Shown: positions 1-12,068 of the stretch, one piece after another
How the letters are laid out: the number at the start of each line of letters is the position of its first letter
How positions within the stretch are numbered: the stretch's first letter is position 1
Assembly: GCF_011745625.1 (NCBI RefSeq)
Contig: NW_027191515.1
Location: 1 to 49,866, forward strand
DNA length: 49,866 bases
Source of the DNA: Cladosporium halotolerans
Lineage: Eukaryota
Reading direction: 5' to 3'
Position numbers and translations under genes: made by a program
Notes under the pieces: model-generated
What the model was told of the DNA's origin: nothing
What the model saw: only the letters and a program-made list of their open reading frames with translations
Database searches by the model: none

Positions 1-2305
1 TGTTAAGACTAGTCGGAACCAAGTTCTCTACACGAGGGTTCTGGAATGTGAGTAACTGCAGGTGCGACTGCGAGCTTGCTTGACGTAAGGACTGGTTCGT
101 CGTCACTGCCCAACGCACGAAGGCATCAGTCCACCCTTTCTCATTAAAAGTCGAGTTGTCAGCAGTATGCTGACGGTCAACATACTCGAGCAACGAGCCA
201 GCCCGACGCTTCTGCCCCCGATGAATGGGCCGCCCCTTGAGGTCGAACCCGTGTCGTTCCATGTGACGCTGCGCTAATGTGGTGGAAACAGCAGGGAGGA
301 TGTATTCCTTGAAAGGGTGGTGTACAGAGTCGCTGTGGCATATCGTACAGAGCCAGACGAGGCTCAGGTCGCTGTCGCGTATCAATGGCTCCCCATGTTG
401 CCATATCCAGCTTCCCCGCGGCTTCTTTGTAGGCGGAGCGTGTGCGTAGCCATTCGGACTCGCGCCGCTGATGACTAGGCCACTCTCATTTCGCCGGGTG
501 TGCTGCGACAACGCGGTACACGAAGCTGCCGAGTGCTCTGAGGTGGCTGACATCGTGAGAGTATCTACAGCGTTTCTGGCTGGTTGAGTCGGTGGTAGTG
601 ACAACGCTGATGACGACGCTGGACCAAACAGAGCTGGGACAATTCCGCTTCACGCGTCGCGCGTCACGCGTATGGCGTCGGCGCTAAAGATCCTGAGAGG
701 GTTAGGGTTGGGGTTAAAGACTGAATTTCTTGTAGAAATATTCTCGTGCCAAAGCGATTGCAATGTTTGCAGACAGTTTGCAAACAATGGAACTGTTGGA
801 AGGCCTGTTGGAGGGAAAGTGTGAGAGGAGTTGTGTATTCTCCTATCCACTGCAGTAAAGACTGTAAATATGTAGCCCTCCTGAAACTGTGGCTTGTCGC
901 AGAAGCAAGGCTGCCTCAGGAAGGGACTGCATTCCAACAGGAACGACTGTTCGTTTGCTTATGTAACGTCTGAATCAATGTTTGTGTCTGTTTGATGATC
1001 ACCCTGAGCGTAAGGGGCCACGATATTAGCTTTATCGACCTTGGAAGTGTCCACAGTCTTTTATGAAAGCGGCACGAGGTGAGGTCGAGCGTTGACACGA
1101 GCGCAATGAGACGAAGCCATGCATGAAGCACCTTGCACTGGCGACTCGATACGGCTCAAACGAGCGCTCGGAGATATAGCTGAATGTCAATGCCGCACAA
1201 AAGGCTGGGAAAAATTTGTACGTGGATCAACTTAATCATTATGTTCTTGCAGCCATAGCTTGGTAAAGGTGTTCGTACTTCTTTGCCGTAAACCCATCAT
1301 GAAGTACCAGCCGCACCGTAACCACTCTGAATGTTTAAGAAGCGCCATTAACCTACAATGTCGGAACGACGCTACGAAGCGCCTCTCGACCAATTAATGG
1401 GAGGCAGGTGGGGTTCAGACTGGGTACTGACACTATCAGCAATCCACCAACGACACATATCTATAAGCAATCAGCAAGGGAGACAGGATGGTGAGGTTGA
1501 GTTGGACTTGCTGCGAAGAAGGTCGTGGTCAAATCCATCGACATTGCTGGCACAGGGTGTTTGGCGAAGTTTTTGATCCTGGGGAATGTAAGGGCAGTAT
1601 TGATCTTCTGCCGTAAGACCTTTACGGAAGTCTTGACAAAGAGAGCCTTCAACCTCAGCCACAGCCGATCACGATCGATGTATAGATGTCCGGCGCCAGC
1701 ATCGAGAAGTTGCTCATCTCGAGGAAAAGCGATGTCCCACACTTGGGAGCCCATGACGTTTGCCCAATTCGTGGCCTTCGAAAGTACACCGAGTGTTCCA
1801 CCTTGAGCAAGAAGGTGATTGGAGAGACCGTTGTTTCGTAGGACACGCCGTATATGCGAGTATGCAGTCGATACCTCGACCCAAGATAACGTTGGTTTCG
1901 TCCTGCAAGCAAGCGAGACGACGACACAGCAGGCCACGACTGTGAGCGAGAAAAGACAAAAGGCGTGCATTGTATTCCTATAGCACGTCGATTTAGGAAG
2001 CGTGATTGAGGTAGTACTGTAACTTCGGCAAGCCCATCGCAACGCAAAAGCGGCAGTAAGGTGGGCGGGTGAGTTGAGTAATATAGGTGACGCAGCTCGA
2101 CAGCACCTTGGCCCCTGTTGGTGGTCGTGGGCGTACATCTCCCACTTCCCACTCTTGAAACATTTGCGTTTCACATCTGGGCGGCAGAACAACTTCTTTC
2201 ACTGGCAACAGTCGATATAAGGGGGTCAATTATCCCATGTAAGTTCCAAAGTGTAGCTCCTTCAACGTTTAGAGTAGATATTCTGTTCAGCATCCCTTCG
2301 AGGAA

Positions 2306-2674
2306 ATGGCATCGTACACGGCGACTAGAAAGCGGAAGGAGGCCTTCAGAAAGATTAGAATCGCTCTCGATAAAAAAGCGAAACAGATAAACAAAGACCA
2401 TGACACCCAGGTCTACATGGTATTGATCCGTAAAGGAAAGTATTGGCCGATCAGAGCGTGCTCTGACGAGGTAAGTGGCACAAATCTGGGGCAACTCCTC
2501 TTCCCTGCTGTTCAAGGTAGTTGACTAATATCAATGCAGGAAACGAATGCTCCGTTTGATGGTCTTGATGGGATGACGTCCTCTTCGGACAATTCCCAGG
2601 ATACTTTCACATACATTAAGCCTGTAGCGCCACGACCTTCACAAAGAGGCGCAGGGTTTCAATATATGCTGTAG
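2306..2674 (+). CDS. Small divergent MADS-box/SRF-like DNA-binding protein (~99 aa); exons 2306-2470, 2540-2674
   Basis: RKRKEAFRKIRIALDKKAKQI...DTQVYMVLIRKGKY resembles the MADS pattern R..TF.KR..GL.KKA.EL...C...V.L.I....GK.Y. Intron GTAAGT(2471)...CTAAT...CAG(2539) is phase 0 and leads to TAG at 2672-2674. Confidence 0.6.
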
Positions 2675-3033
2675 TGTTAAGAGCCTGAGACTACTCACCA
2701 TGAGGATGAGCGACGACGATAGTCATGCCGAAGACACAAAGGCTTGCGGCAAGCACTACGACCTTGCAGAGTAGGATTTATCGAACAGAAACTAAGACGG
2801 GAGAGCCAGCCTCAAAAAGCGAGTGTAATGTACCAGTGGTACAAATAGTTCAGTAGATGTACCGGCGAGAAGCCGAAGTGGATTTTTCGGAAAAATAATA
2901 TCTTAGTTAACCTTTAAAGCCTGCGTGAGAACCATAATCTATCTATTAAGTTAAGCCTGTGCCACAAATACAACCCTCGTAAGTACTGCGGCGCGCTGCC
3001 TCGATCTCGCGTATCGCACACCCCGATAGCATC

Positions 3034-6000
3034 TCACCGAGCGCACACACGCTTCGGAGCAGGTAGTTCGTCATTTTCTGGTGACGAGCGGCACCTATCG
3101 AGTTGTCCCACCTTCGGTGAAGTTTGATGGTTCGTATCTTCCAATGTTGCTGTATCCCACGCGTCGGAAGAATCTTTCGCGAGATAGAGCTGAAGCGAGG
3201 CGTCAGATTCAAATCGAGCTGGATCTTCTGCTAGGATGGTCTTGAAGCCATGCAAGGCACATTTTATCACACCTGATGGAGCCCCAGTCGCATAAGATGG
3301 GTTGTACTTTGCCGCCCATTCCGTAGCTGACGCAAAACGGCCGGGCTCTTGTGCATCCCAAAAAGGTCCCTCGACTGATACGCACGGATTCAAGGCCAAA
3401 TGCGCGCAGATGTACCCAGGTGGTATCAACAACACATCGTTTGGCTTGAGCCGGACAAGCCTTGGCTCATCGGCTGGCTGCCACTCCAGGCTATCAAGGG
3501 CAAAATCCGCGTATGATTCTTTGGTCACCTGCGTGCGCGGCACGAACGCGTACAATCGCTCGCCCATCAAGTTGCGTAACCAAGTACCGCCGAATCCTCC
3601 CACATGCGGTGCACAAAACGCTCCGGTAGTCTCGATGCGATTGAAAGACAGATCAGCGTTCATGTACATGGCGTGAGCGACCCCTTCGCTGCGGCTTTGA
3701 TTGCCATCTTCGCGTGCGGCACGGCACATGCCTCTTGTCACGGCGATTTGGAGGAAGCGGAGGCGGTGATAACTCATGAAGGTCGGGTGATGCGCTCCAA
3801 GCGACTCCCGCGGTGTCGTACAGCTCACTGGAACTTCGCCTGATGAGAATAGCTCGAGGAAGTCCTCCATGTCGACCGTCTCCGGCTCGTGCTTGAGAGC
3901 GTTCGATATCGACGTCTTCGAACCCTTGTAGTGGTCGAGAAGTGTTCTCCGAACCATCTCGGTATCGTAACCATCCTGGTCGTTTTGGTGCTCTCCTACA
4001 ACGATCGGCTTGTCAAGCGGCATGCCATTATCTACCATAATCTTGAAAGAGGCGTGAGTCAGATGCAAGACTTCGCAGTCTTCAGCTTCGCTTGAGTTCC
4101 AGTCGTTGCGGTCTACAACCGACGCCCACCTTGAAGTGTTGAACCAGCGATCGCGAGCTCGGCAAGAACTTGACGCTCCGGGCAACGAGGCTTCAAGCCG
4201 CACTCTCTGCAGAAACGACTTGAGCTCTACACAGTCGGCGCATTCACACTCTGATGGACGGAGAGCACAGTGCTGCACTGGCTGAGAACTTCCATCATGG
4301 TTAAATTCGGAGAGAGAAGGCAAACTGTAAGGGGGGTGGGCATGGGCGCCTGGCCTGTCCGCACTTGTGCTCAGTCGATCTTGCGAGTAAGGCATACCTA
4401 GCCTGTTCTGGACGCGCTCGTTGGCGAACCTTAATGAAGACCTTCTCGTCGTCCTATCGCTCTGGCCAATGTTTTCGAGGCATTCTTTCCGCCAGTGTTC
4501 GATGGGGATTGCACGAATAGTCAATTCGCTTGACCGTCCGAAGCTGGCATGCACGAGATCTCCGCTCTCCTCGAAGCATTCTGGCACTGACCTCGAGCGA
4601 GAGTCCCTGGATGTAGTGTTGTCGTCGCTTGAAGTATCGCTTGATGGCTGTGTTGTCGCCGTCGTGGGGGTCGAGCTAGCCGTGGTAGTTGTCTCACTGA
4701 CCGCCGTGGTAGCCGTTGCGCTGGCCGTGGTAGATGTTGTGGCTGTCGTTGCACTCGACGTGGCTGTTCCTTCCGTATTGGAGGTGACCATGTGAGTAGT
4801 CATACTCTCATGAGAGAATGCTTTTGGAGTTCCCGCGACTGGCAAGTCTGTTATCGTCGTTGTGGGGGCCGTGCTGGCTATGGTATCTGTCTCGCTGACC
4901 GCCGTGGCGGTTACCTCGCTTGCCGTGGTTGTTGTTGTGTTGGCCTTTGTACTCGACTGGGTTATCGCTTTCGTGTTGGTGGTGGTAGTACAGGCGGTTA
5001 TGCTCTGATCAGGATTCTGCGTGGGATCTACCACAGCTGGTAAGGCACTGTCATCACATACAGAATAAGAGGACCTGGAGAGCGCTTCTGTTGGAGGACG
5101 CTGCTGAAGTGGCTCTGCAAACGGATGTGGGCTTTCGGTAACGAACAAACCCTGTGCAGAGTGTGGGCGTGTTGAAGATTCGAAAAGATTTCGCGTTCCG
5201 CTTGTGCTTGCCACATCCTGGACTTCGTCGACACTTTCTTGGGTTTCCGACATACCACCATCTTCGCAATGGCTACGGCCATCCGTGGAGGCTTCCAGAG
5301 ACGGTGAGACTCCGGACACCGTTCTGGTCTCGGACAATACGGGTTCCACCGCCACCTCGACACATGTTCCATCGGTGCTAGCATGATCCGAAGCTTCGAA
5401 GACCCCGTTCTCAGGGATACCGACAACTCTCCCAGCTCCAGCTTCTGCTTCTGCATTGTCGATGGTGCTTTTTTGAACGCTGTGTCGCACGGCATCTTGA
5501 TTGCACACGCTTAGTGTTGGACTACGTTGTGACACGACACTCTCCAGCTCGATTTCAGGTCCATCTGTTGAGGTGTGGTTGTCTCTGGGGCTGACTTCAT
5601 GCACAACACTTTGGTCATCCGCACCGCATACCGACGCGGCGTCTTCTGGTCTAGCATTTTCTGCTACGATGATCTCCATTGCATCATTGTCGTCAGATTC
5701 GCCAAAAGAACCCCCATCTTCAACCACCGATACACATTCGTCGAGCTTCGCGCCAGCTGACGAGACTGATGGCGCCCTCAAAGTGGAGGCGCCGGAAGGC
5801 CAGGAGCACATGGACTCCGCGTCTGAAGGATTCTGCCCAAGTCTCGCGACACTGCTGCGCCGTGATGTCCGCTCGGCTACGTTCCGCAAAGGCAGTGGGG
5901 TTGACGCTCGCGTATCGCCAAATTCACTTCGACTGGGGGATACAGATGCATCGGCGTCAAAGTGACGGTTTGCCACTGGTACCCGCATCGAAGCCGGTGG

Positions 6001-6852
6001 CGACAAGACACCGTTATCGCATGATGCCGCGTCCACTCGGTCTGACTGCTCTCTCCGCTGGAGCGCTCCATATTTGTCGTTCTTGAGAAGGAGCGTGGGC
6101 CAATGGGAGGATCTGGCTACTTCCAGGTCGATCGACTTTCCTTGTACCCTGATCACGCTGCTGCCGTGCTTGGTCCACTCCGCGATTTGCTGCTGGTAAA
6201 CATCCTCGTGGGCAGTCGACAGCGTAACCTCAACGCCATAGATCTCCGTCGGCGTGTCTTTCTTAAGATCCTTCAGAACCCTCAACTCCTTGCCTGTGAA
6301 GGATCCAGTAATGAATTCATCTTCTCTGGTGCTCGTGTTCTGCGCCTTTAACAGACCACGACAATGTCTCAGCCACCATATCAGGCGCATCTGGGGCACG
6401 AAGTCTTCCTTGAACCGACTGTATTTCATGGCACAGGCATAGAGGTTCCTTGCTGGATTGATACCGATGTCGTCCTCGTTCCACTTGTAATACGATAGTA
6501 CCTCTGGCGACCAGACCATGGAGACGCATGCGAGATGCCTGCGCTGAGTTTTGTAGGTATTGAGCAACCGAAGTTGCCCTTTCGCTTTGACTTCCTGCTC
6601 TTTAACTATCGACACGATCTTTTTGAACCCGTTCCAGCTTGGACTATCGCATGCATAATTGATAGATCGGAGCGCTTCGGAATACGCCCATGCGTATTCA
6701 AAAGCCTTGCTGTAATTATCGACGAACTCATCGCGGATCTTGATGATAGCGTCCTCTTGTTGGCAATTGTCCGTGATAGTCTGGTGGATCCTGCCTGACA
6801 GACCTAAGTCAGCCTCGCTCAACTGTTGTTGGGGTCGAGACGTCGTTGCCAT
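3034..6852 (-). CDS. Large protein (~1270 aa) with a Ser/Thr-rich disordered centre and a C-terminal JmjC-like cupin domain
   Basis: Uninterrupted ORF 3034-6951, likely start MATTSRP at 6852. C-terminal GAFCAPHVGGFGGTWLRNLMGERLYAFVP...LKPNDVLLIPPG..CAH.....CVSVEGPFWD follows the JmjC double-stranded beta-helix layout. Confidence 0.75.
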   Translation of the reverse strand: MATTSRPQQQLSEADLGLSGRIHQTITDNCQQEDAIIKIRDEFVDNYSKAFEYAWAYSEALRSINYACDSPSWNGFKKIVSIVKEQEVKAKGQLRLLNTYKTQRRHLACVSMVWSPEVLSYYKWNEDDIGINPARNLYACAMKYSRFKEDFVPQMRLIWWLRHCRGLLKAQNTSTREDEFITGSFTGKELRVLKDLKKDTPTEIYGVEVTLSTAHEDVYQQQIAEWTKHGSSVIRVQGKSIDLEVARSSHWPTLLLKNDKYGALQRREQSDRVDAASCDNGVLSPPASMRVPVANRHFDADASVSPSRSEFGDTRASTPLPLRNVAERTSRRSSVARLGQNPSDAESMCSWPSGASTLRAPSVSSAGAKLDECVSVVEDGGSFGESDDNDAMEIIVAENARPEDAASVCGADDQSVVHEVSPRDNHTSTDGPEIELESVVSQRSPTLSVCNQDAVRHSVQKSTIDNAEAEAGAGRVVGIPENGVFEASDHASTDGTCVEVAVEPVLSETRTVSGVSPSLEASTDGRSHCEDGGMSETQESVDEVQDVASTSGTRNLFESSTRPHSAQGLFVTESPHPFAEPLQQRPPTEALSRSSYSVCDDSALPAVVDPTQNPDQSITACTTTTNTKAITQSSTKANTTTTTASEVTATAVSETDTIASTAPTTTITDLPVAGTPKAFSHESMTTHMVTSNTEGTATSSATTATTSTTASATATTAVSETTTTASSTPTTATTQPSSDTSSDDNTTSRDSRSRSVPECFEESGDLVHASFGRSSELTIRAIPIEHWRKECLENIGQSDRTTRRSSLRFANERVQNRLGMPYSQDRLSTSADRPGAHAHPPYSLPSLSEFNHDGSSQPVQHCALRPSECECADCVELKSFLQRVRLEASLPGASSSCRARDRWFNTSRWASVVDRNDWNSSEAEDCEVLHLTHASFKIMVDNGMPLDKPIVVGEHQNDQDGYDTEMVRRTLLDHYKGSKTSISNALKHEPETVDMEDFLELFSSGEVPVSCTTPRESLGAHHPTFMSYHRLRFLQIAVTRGMCRAAREDGNQSRSEGVAHAMYMNADLSFNRIETTGAFCAPHVGGFGGTWLRNLMGERLYAFVPRTQVTKESYADFALDSLEWQPADEPRLVRLKPNDVLLIPPGYICAHLALNPCVSVEGPFWDAQEPGRFASATEWAAKYNPSYATGAPSGVIKCALHGFKTILAEDPARFESDASLQLYLAKDSSDAWDTATLEDTNHQTSPKVGQLDRCRSSPENDELPAPKRVCAR

Positions 6853-7375
6853 GTTGTGAGTGGAGGCTGTGCTCCGTTTGGACCGGCATGCAAGCGGCCA
6901 CCATTCAACAGATATAAGCCAACACATTGACGCACTGACGCACTGGTGCACTCACGCTCTGGTCTTGCCGTGGCACTTTATAGTCGGTCTGTGCGCTACG
7001 ATCGGATCAAAGCGCTTACTTGTCGCGGCCCCTGACTCGAAATGCCTTGCGGTGGAGATTGAGAGCATCGGGCGACTCCTGCCGCACGATGTTAGCACTT
7101 CAGCACGTCAGGGCGTCCTGAGCACATCATACGACATAGGACCGCGTGCCGTCGTACCGAAATCGACGATCGTCGTGGGCGATTCGCAGCTTACTGAGAC
7201 GTACATGAGGATTGATACACATTCAGATCTACAGGGTCTGGGGTTTACAATGTTAGGCATGTCCCTCCGAGTTGACATGTCCGGGCCACTTTCCACTTTG
7301 TCGTTGCGGTAAGATGGATTGGCAAACTCTCATAGCACCGTTGTTAAGGCGGGTTTGACGAGAGGTTCAGTCCCG

Positions 7376-8586
7376 CTAAAAGTGAGCCGTCGCATGAGTC
7401 TCGTCAGACAAAGCCCCCTCATCCCTAGATCGCATCTCTTCGAATTCCTCCATGTATTCTCGGACACTCCTCTCTGGATAGTCTTTCCGTGACATCTGCG
7501 TCGGTCAGCTATTGTGAAATGGCATTTCGATGACTGCGAGTGTTGTGTACCTCGTGCTTGACTCTGCTCCAAACTTCGCTTTGATCGGAACATATGACGT
7601 TTTTCAAGTGCTCCTCCTCCACACGCCTCCACAACGAGTCTGCAATGGGATAACGTTCATTCGAGTCGAAGTCCCAGCTTCGACGGCTCGTGCTTTGCAT
7701 GAATTCGTAGTACTCTCTGTATTCTCGAATAGATCTCGCAGGGAAGCCATCCGAATACATCTGCATCTGTCAGTACAGGTGTCAAGTTTTGAGAGGGTGG
7801 AGTATCGAACATACGCGATCGCTGATCCTATACCAAGACGAGGCTCGGTCTGCGTGTATAACGTTACGCAAAGCTGAGAACTCCAGGCTGGTCCACGGTT
7901 TGTACATTTTACCACGCACCGTCCACTCGTTTGCTACATCTGATCGGGCAAATCGCTGTTGCGACTCGTGCTTCTGCTGCTGATTTGCCAGAGCATTCGT
8001 GCGTGGCGCTGAAGTGCTTCCATGACGCGCTCGTCGCCAATCGGGCTTTCTTTGCGATGTCGGAGTGCTACAAAAGTCAGCGACGCCTTCGTGTGGGGAG
8101 CATGCAAACAACCGTCGATTGATGCCGCCACTGGTATCTCGGCTTGGGCTCTTCCGAACCAGACGGAGGTCCAGCAGCTTTGGATCAAGTACTTCGACAT
8201 CGCCCTGCGTTCCATAGCTGGACATCGACACAGATGAGACTGCGTACGGATCTTGAGCTCGGTCCTCGACAGACTCGGTAGCTGGCCCTGGGGCAGCCCC
8301 CGTAGAGATACTCGCAGACCCATCATGCCACTGTTGAGGTGTTTGGTTGACGAGTCCATGTATGGCCGGTTGCTGTTGGAAGTCGGGTTGGAACATTTCC
8401 CAGTCGAAGTCGAAAGTGGAGTTTTCCGACGTAGATCCGTGCAAACCGTTGCCGTCGGCGGTATACGCGTCCGGCCCGAAAGCGTTGTACTACTCGCGGG
8501 TTAATGGCTAGAGCCTCGATGGCTTGGCAAGAGGAATCGGGAAGTCAGGTGGGACTCACGTCAAACATGTCTTGCGACGTCGACAT
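7376..8586 (-). CDS. Two-repeat Myb/SANT-like protein (~345 aa); exons 8586-8560, 8489-7815, 7766-7551, 7495-7376
   Basis: Three phase-0 GT-AG introns (GTGAGT, GTATGT, GTACAC donors) join separate ORF-track pieces in frame. Repeats KPWTSLEFSALRNVI..DRASSWYRISDRM....FPARSIREYREYY and SLWRRVEEEHLKNVI..DQSEVWSRVKHEM...YPERSVREYMEEF fit the Myb/SANT W..W..aromatic spacing. Confidence 0.7.
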
Positions 8587-11390
8587 CTGTATATTGAATA
8601 GGAACAAATTAGAGCCCTGAGGGGAGAAGAGACTAACCTGGCTAAGATGCGAAGCAAGTTTTATCATGAAAGGCGAAGCGAAGGGCCATCGATGCGGGAC
8701 ATGGTTACCTGCATATGGTGGGCTCAACACCGTCGCTCTCCCACAGCCCATTCGGGGCCTGATGATAAGCTAGAGGCCGGATGTGCAGTCACGAGAAATC
8801 ACATGTTCGGCTGTGTAGCGTACCATCTCACCGGTGCCTCGCTGCCAGCATGAAGCGAGGTATGATGCTCCATAATGCATACCCGCCTCTACCTCGCACG
8901 ATTATCACAGGTTCGGCGTACATTATCGTTCCCAAGTACCATTTTTGGAAGCCGATACAGTGATAGTACGTCTTCTCGCCGCGTCTAGAGAAGACATCGT
9001 CCGTCGTGAGTGCTGTCTGAGTGTGTTCACCTCATGAAGGCGTTGTACCGGCGAAGTGACGTTAAGTTGGTGACCTGCCGCTAACCCCACGGATGCAGGT
9101 ACATGCAGGGAAGCGTCTCCAATCCCCACCGCCGCGCGTGAGCCGAAAGCGCTCCCTGAAGTGGGTCTAAGCCGCGCAATTGCGTGCATGCGAGATTTGC
9201 ATTGCATCACGCTAGGTGCGTTTGCGAGTTTCTGAAGAACAGCCCCACCCCAAAAATTGTTTGATTGGCGGTGACACTAAGTCCCAGATGTCATTGGCTA
9301 TACAGCTCCAGTTTCTCCCGTTCAGTCATCCAACACCGACTGCTGTCCTTCTGGGAATTTGCGGCTTACGCTTATCGTGCTTACCCAGGTGATCCTTTTG
9401 CGTTAATCTAAGGTACGAGCCAGCATCTAGCAGAGGCAGCTTCTCCATACTGGACTTGGTCCCAAGTGCAAAAAGACATAGAAACCTTTCTGTTTCTCCA
9501 GGAGGCATGCAACGCCGGACTTTCCGGGTGCCGGCGCCCGACCCGACAGCCACCCGCTTATGAAGGCTTGATTTGGGTTGCCCAAGCGTAACGTCGGCCC
9601 CACCATGCATGGGTTTAGGTTAAGCGATTGAGAAAAGACCTGTCGAGACGTTTTGGCCAGCTTCGACACTAGGTGTTGCCAGTGCGGCTGGGGTTACTCA
9701 CGCTCCGAGGGGACCATCTTCAGACAAGCATGGTCACCAATGCTAAAGATTGGCAGATCTGGGGTGATTATCGCATCGCAAGGTTTGTGCCGAAAGGGAT
9801 CCTGCCCTTACGTCATACTTGCCTGAAAGCTGCTTCTTGGCGCTGGAGCAGTGATCCACACGATATTGGCGACTCTAAAGATCTCGCTGTCGCGGAGCAA
9901 GCAAGGTCGCCAGTAGTAACATTATACAGCGTGAAGAGTGGTTCTCGACAGCTACCAAAAGAGCAATGTCTGCGCCATCGAAGGAAGCGCCAAGCTGTTA
10001 AGCATGTGGAGCAGCCCTCCGCCATCATGCGATGTTGGAGAGCGTTCTGGCCCGGGTTTTACCTGGAATGAAGCCGCTTCGTCGTCGATGTTCAAGAATG
10101 GCTTAGGCCTACGCAGACGATCCCCCAATAGCAAGCTATGCAGACTCGAGTTAAACTGAGCGAGCTCGGGGGTGGAGACATGAAGTGCACTAATCAGACA
10201 GGGTTCTCAGATGGCTTCCCACCGTAGGGCTCGTGCCGTCGCATGTACCCGCCATCACGTGATTCAATAGCCTACGTCTTTTCGACGCCGCTGGATCGCT
10301 GGTACCTGAGCGGGAACTAGCCAGGCTACATCTCTTTCCTACTGACCACACTGAAAGCGAGTGGAAAAGGTGATCGCTGAGGGGATGGAAGAAATCCGTG
10401 GGGATCGTGGGTCAGAGTTCGGCAACACGACGCATTTTGGGGTTCTTAGCTAAGCGTCAGCAGCGCGGCAAGTAGCCCGATGCCCTAAGTGACATTCCTG
10501 TGAAACTCCACGGGTAGGATCTGACGGCAAATACCGGATATGAGCAAAGGCTTGGCAATTTTTGGTGGCTAGGGCATGGCATTGCCCCTCTAGCCAGCTC
10601 GGACCCATCTGATCTATCACGTGCGAGATCCCTGGCACAAGATGAATTGCACGCCGCTTGACCGAGGCAGTTACTTGGAATATTCGGCTTCGGCGTTGGC
10701 TTCCGCCATCGACTTCCGGCCATGATGACCTTTGCCGCAGTCTCCGGTCACCTGCCGCACGACATCGACGTTCGGCGATACATTTCGTTCCGCAGCAGCG
10801 CGGGAAGGCTCCGCAATAATGTAATGATTAAATGTTCTAGAGGCGGCAGCAAAACGAGAGGGTATGTACAATAGTTAGCCATCAAGCTAGGCTCGATGCT
10901 GTTGGTCCGGGCGTGACTCGCTGGCCATCGCATCATTCAGCTCTCATATCCCTCTCGCGATCAGGAATGGAGGATGATGGCGCGGTGTACTGTAAGACCA
11001 CGTTGCGATATCTCTGCTCCGCTGCATAAATCTGCGCATGCATAACGCGGTCTCTTCGATCATCAATAAGAGGACTCCACGTAAATCATATAGCGTCAGC
11101 ATGGGAAGCAGCAAGGCCCGGGCGCCTTCACAAAGCGTCAGGGATCAGACGTGGGCCGAAAATATATCATAAAATGAAATCACAGGGGACAGAACGCTGT
11201 TGTTTCCACAGCAGCGTAGAGTATGTATCAACAATCAACAAAGATAACAGTTGCATCACCGAACTTCTCACCAGTTCCATGTGATCGCGTCGACCGACAA
11301 GCGTCTCCAAAGGTACGTAAAATAATCCAGCGCGCGCATAGTCAACCGAGGTAAAACAGGCAAAAGCGACGAATGCAAGGGAGGCTCCAT

Positions 11391-12068
11391 TTACTCCCAG
11401 GAATGCAGGAAGGCCAAAATTTCCGCTCCGATCTGGGCTCTAGTATGCACTTCAGCGCGCTTCATGCTCGCGATATAGGTTTCGCCTGCCGCTTGGAGCT
11501 CGCGAATGATCGTTTGGCACGGCTCGACAACGACGACTGCTGCCTCTTCCCGGTTGGGTCGTTCGGGCCCGAGACACAAAGCTGCCGCGTCTTCCTTGAG
11601 GCGTGTCACAGCTTCGGCAATCTGCAACAGCTGAGTCGGGAAGTGAGCATATTCGGGACTAGCGGCACCCGTTGTATAAGGCGCGACACTGTTCGGTGTC
11701 CCTGTCATGCTTTTGTCGCTGCTCAATTCGGGAATTAGAGGCTCTTTTGCAGGCGACAGAGGGAAAGGAAATGGCGTTGGTGTGCGATCATCCACCCTGC
11801 GACGTTTGCCCGGTGGTTCGATGTCGATCTGTTTGACATCCTTGGATCCTGGGTTAGAGTTAACAACTATCGTTAGAGCACTTTCCTTTGGCTCCGACAG
11901 CATCTTACTTCTCCTTTTCAACAGGATTCTGCTTGTAGCCCACTGTTCTTCCGCTGGCGGGCTGCATGAAGGTGACTGGAATACGACAAGTCTATCCTCA
12001 GCATTTTGCTCCGCCTCTTTCGGGGTTCCAAGGTGAGTCTCATTGGTTGCCTCTGCAGAGGTCTTCAT
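11391..12068 (-). CDS. Hypothetical protein (disordered N-terminus, helical C-terminus, possible NLS PPGKRRR)
   Basis: Long ORF 11391-12164 with protein-like composition; plausible ATG at 12068 (MKTSAE). No domain recognised. Confidence 0.45.
   Translation of the reverse strand: MKTSAEATNETHLGTPKEAEQNAEDRLVVFQSPSCSPPAEEQWATSRILLKRRSKMLSEPKESALTIVVNSNPGSKDVKQIDIEPPGKRRRVDDRTPTPFPFPLSPAKEPLIPELSSDKSMTGTPNSVAPYTTGAASPEYAHFPTQLLQIAEAVTRLKEDAAALCLGPERPNREEAAVVVVEPCQTIIRELQAAGETYIASMKRAEVHTRAQIGAEILAFLHSWE

Noticed and set aside
698..717. Telomere-like GGGTTAGGGTTGGGGTTA
   Set aside because: Only one perfect TTAGGG unit plus degenerate neighbours, internal to the sequence; compatible with chance.
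650..2192. Minus-strand ORFs (243, 71 and 95 aa) as a gene or Starship captain
   Set aside because: No tyrosine-recombinase or other motif recognised, and I could not build a consistent spliced model; possibly a decayed gene.
8900..11300. Short ORFs in this interval (and similarly at 13.4-15.6 kb and 25.0-26.05 kb)
   Set aside because: No recognisable domains or coherent exon chains; left unannotated, though small or decayed genes may be present.
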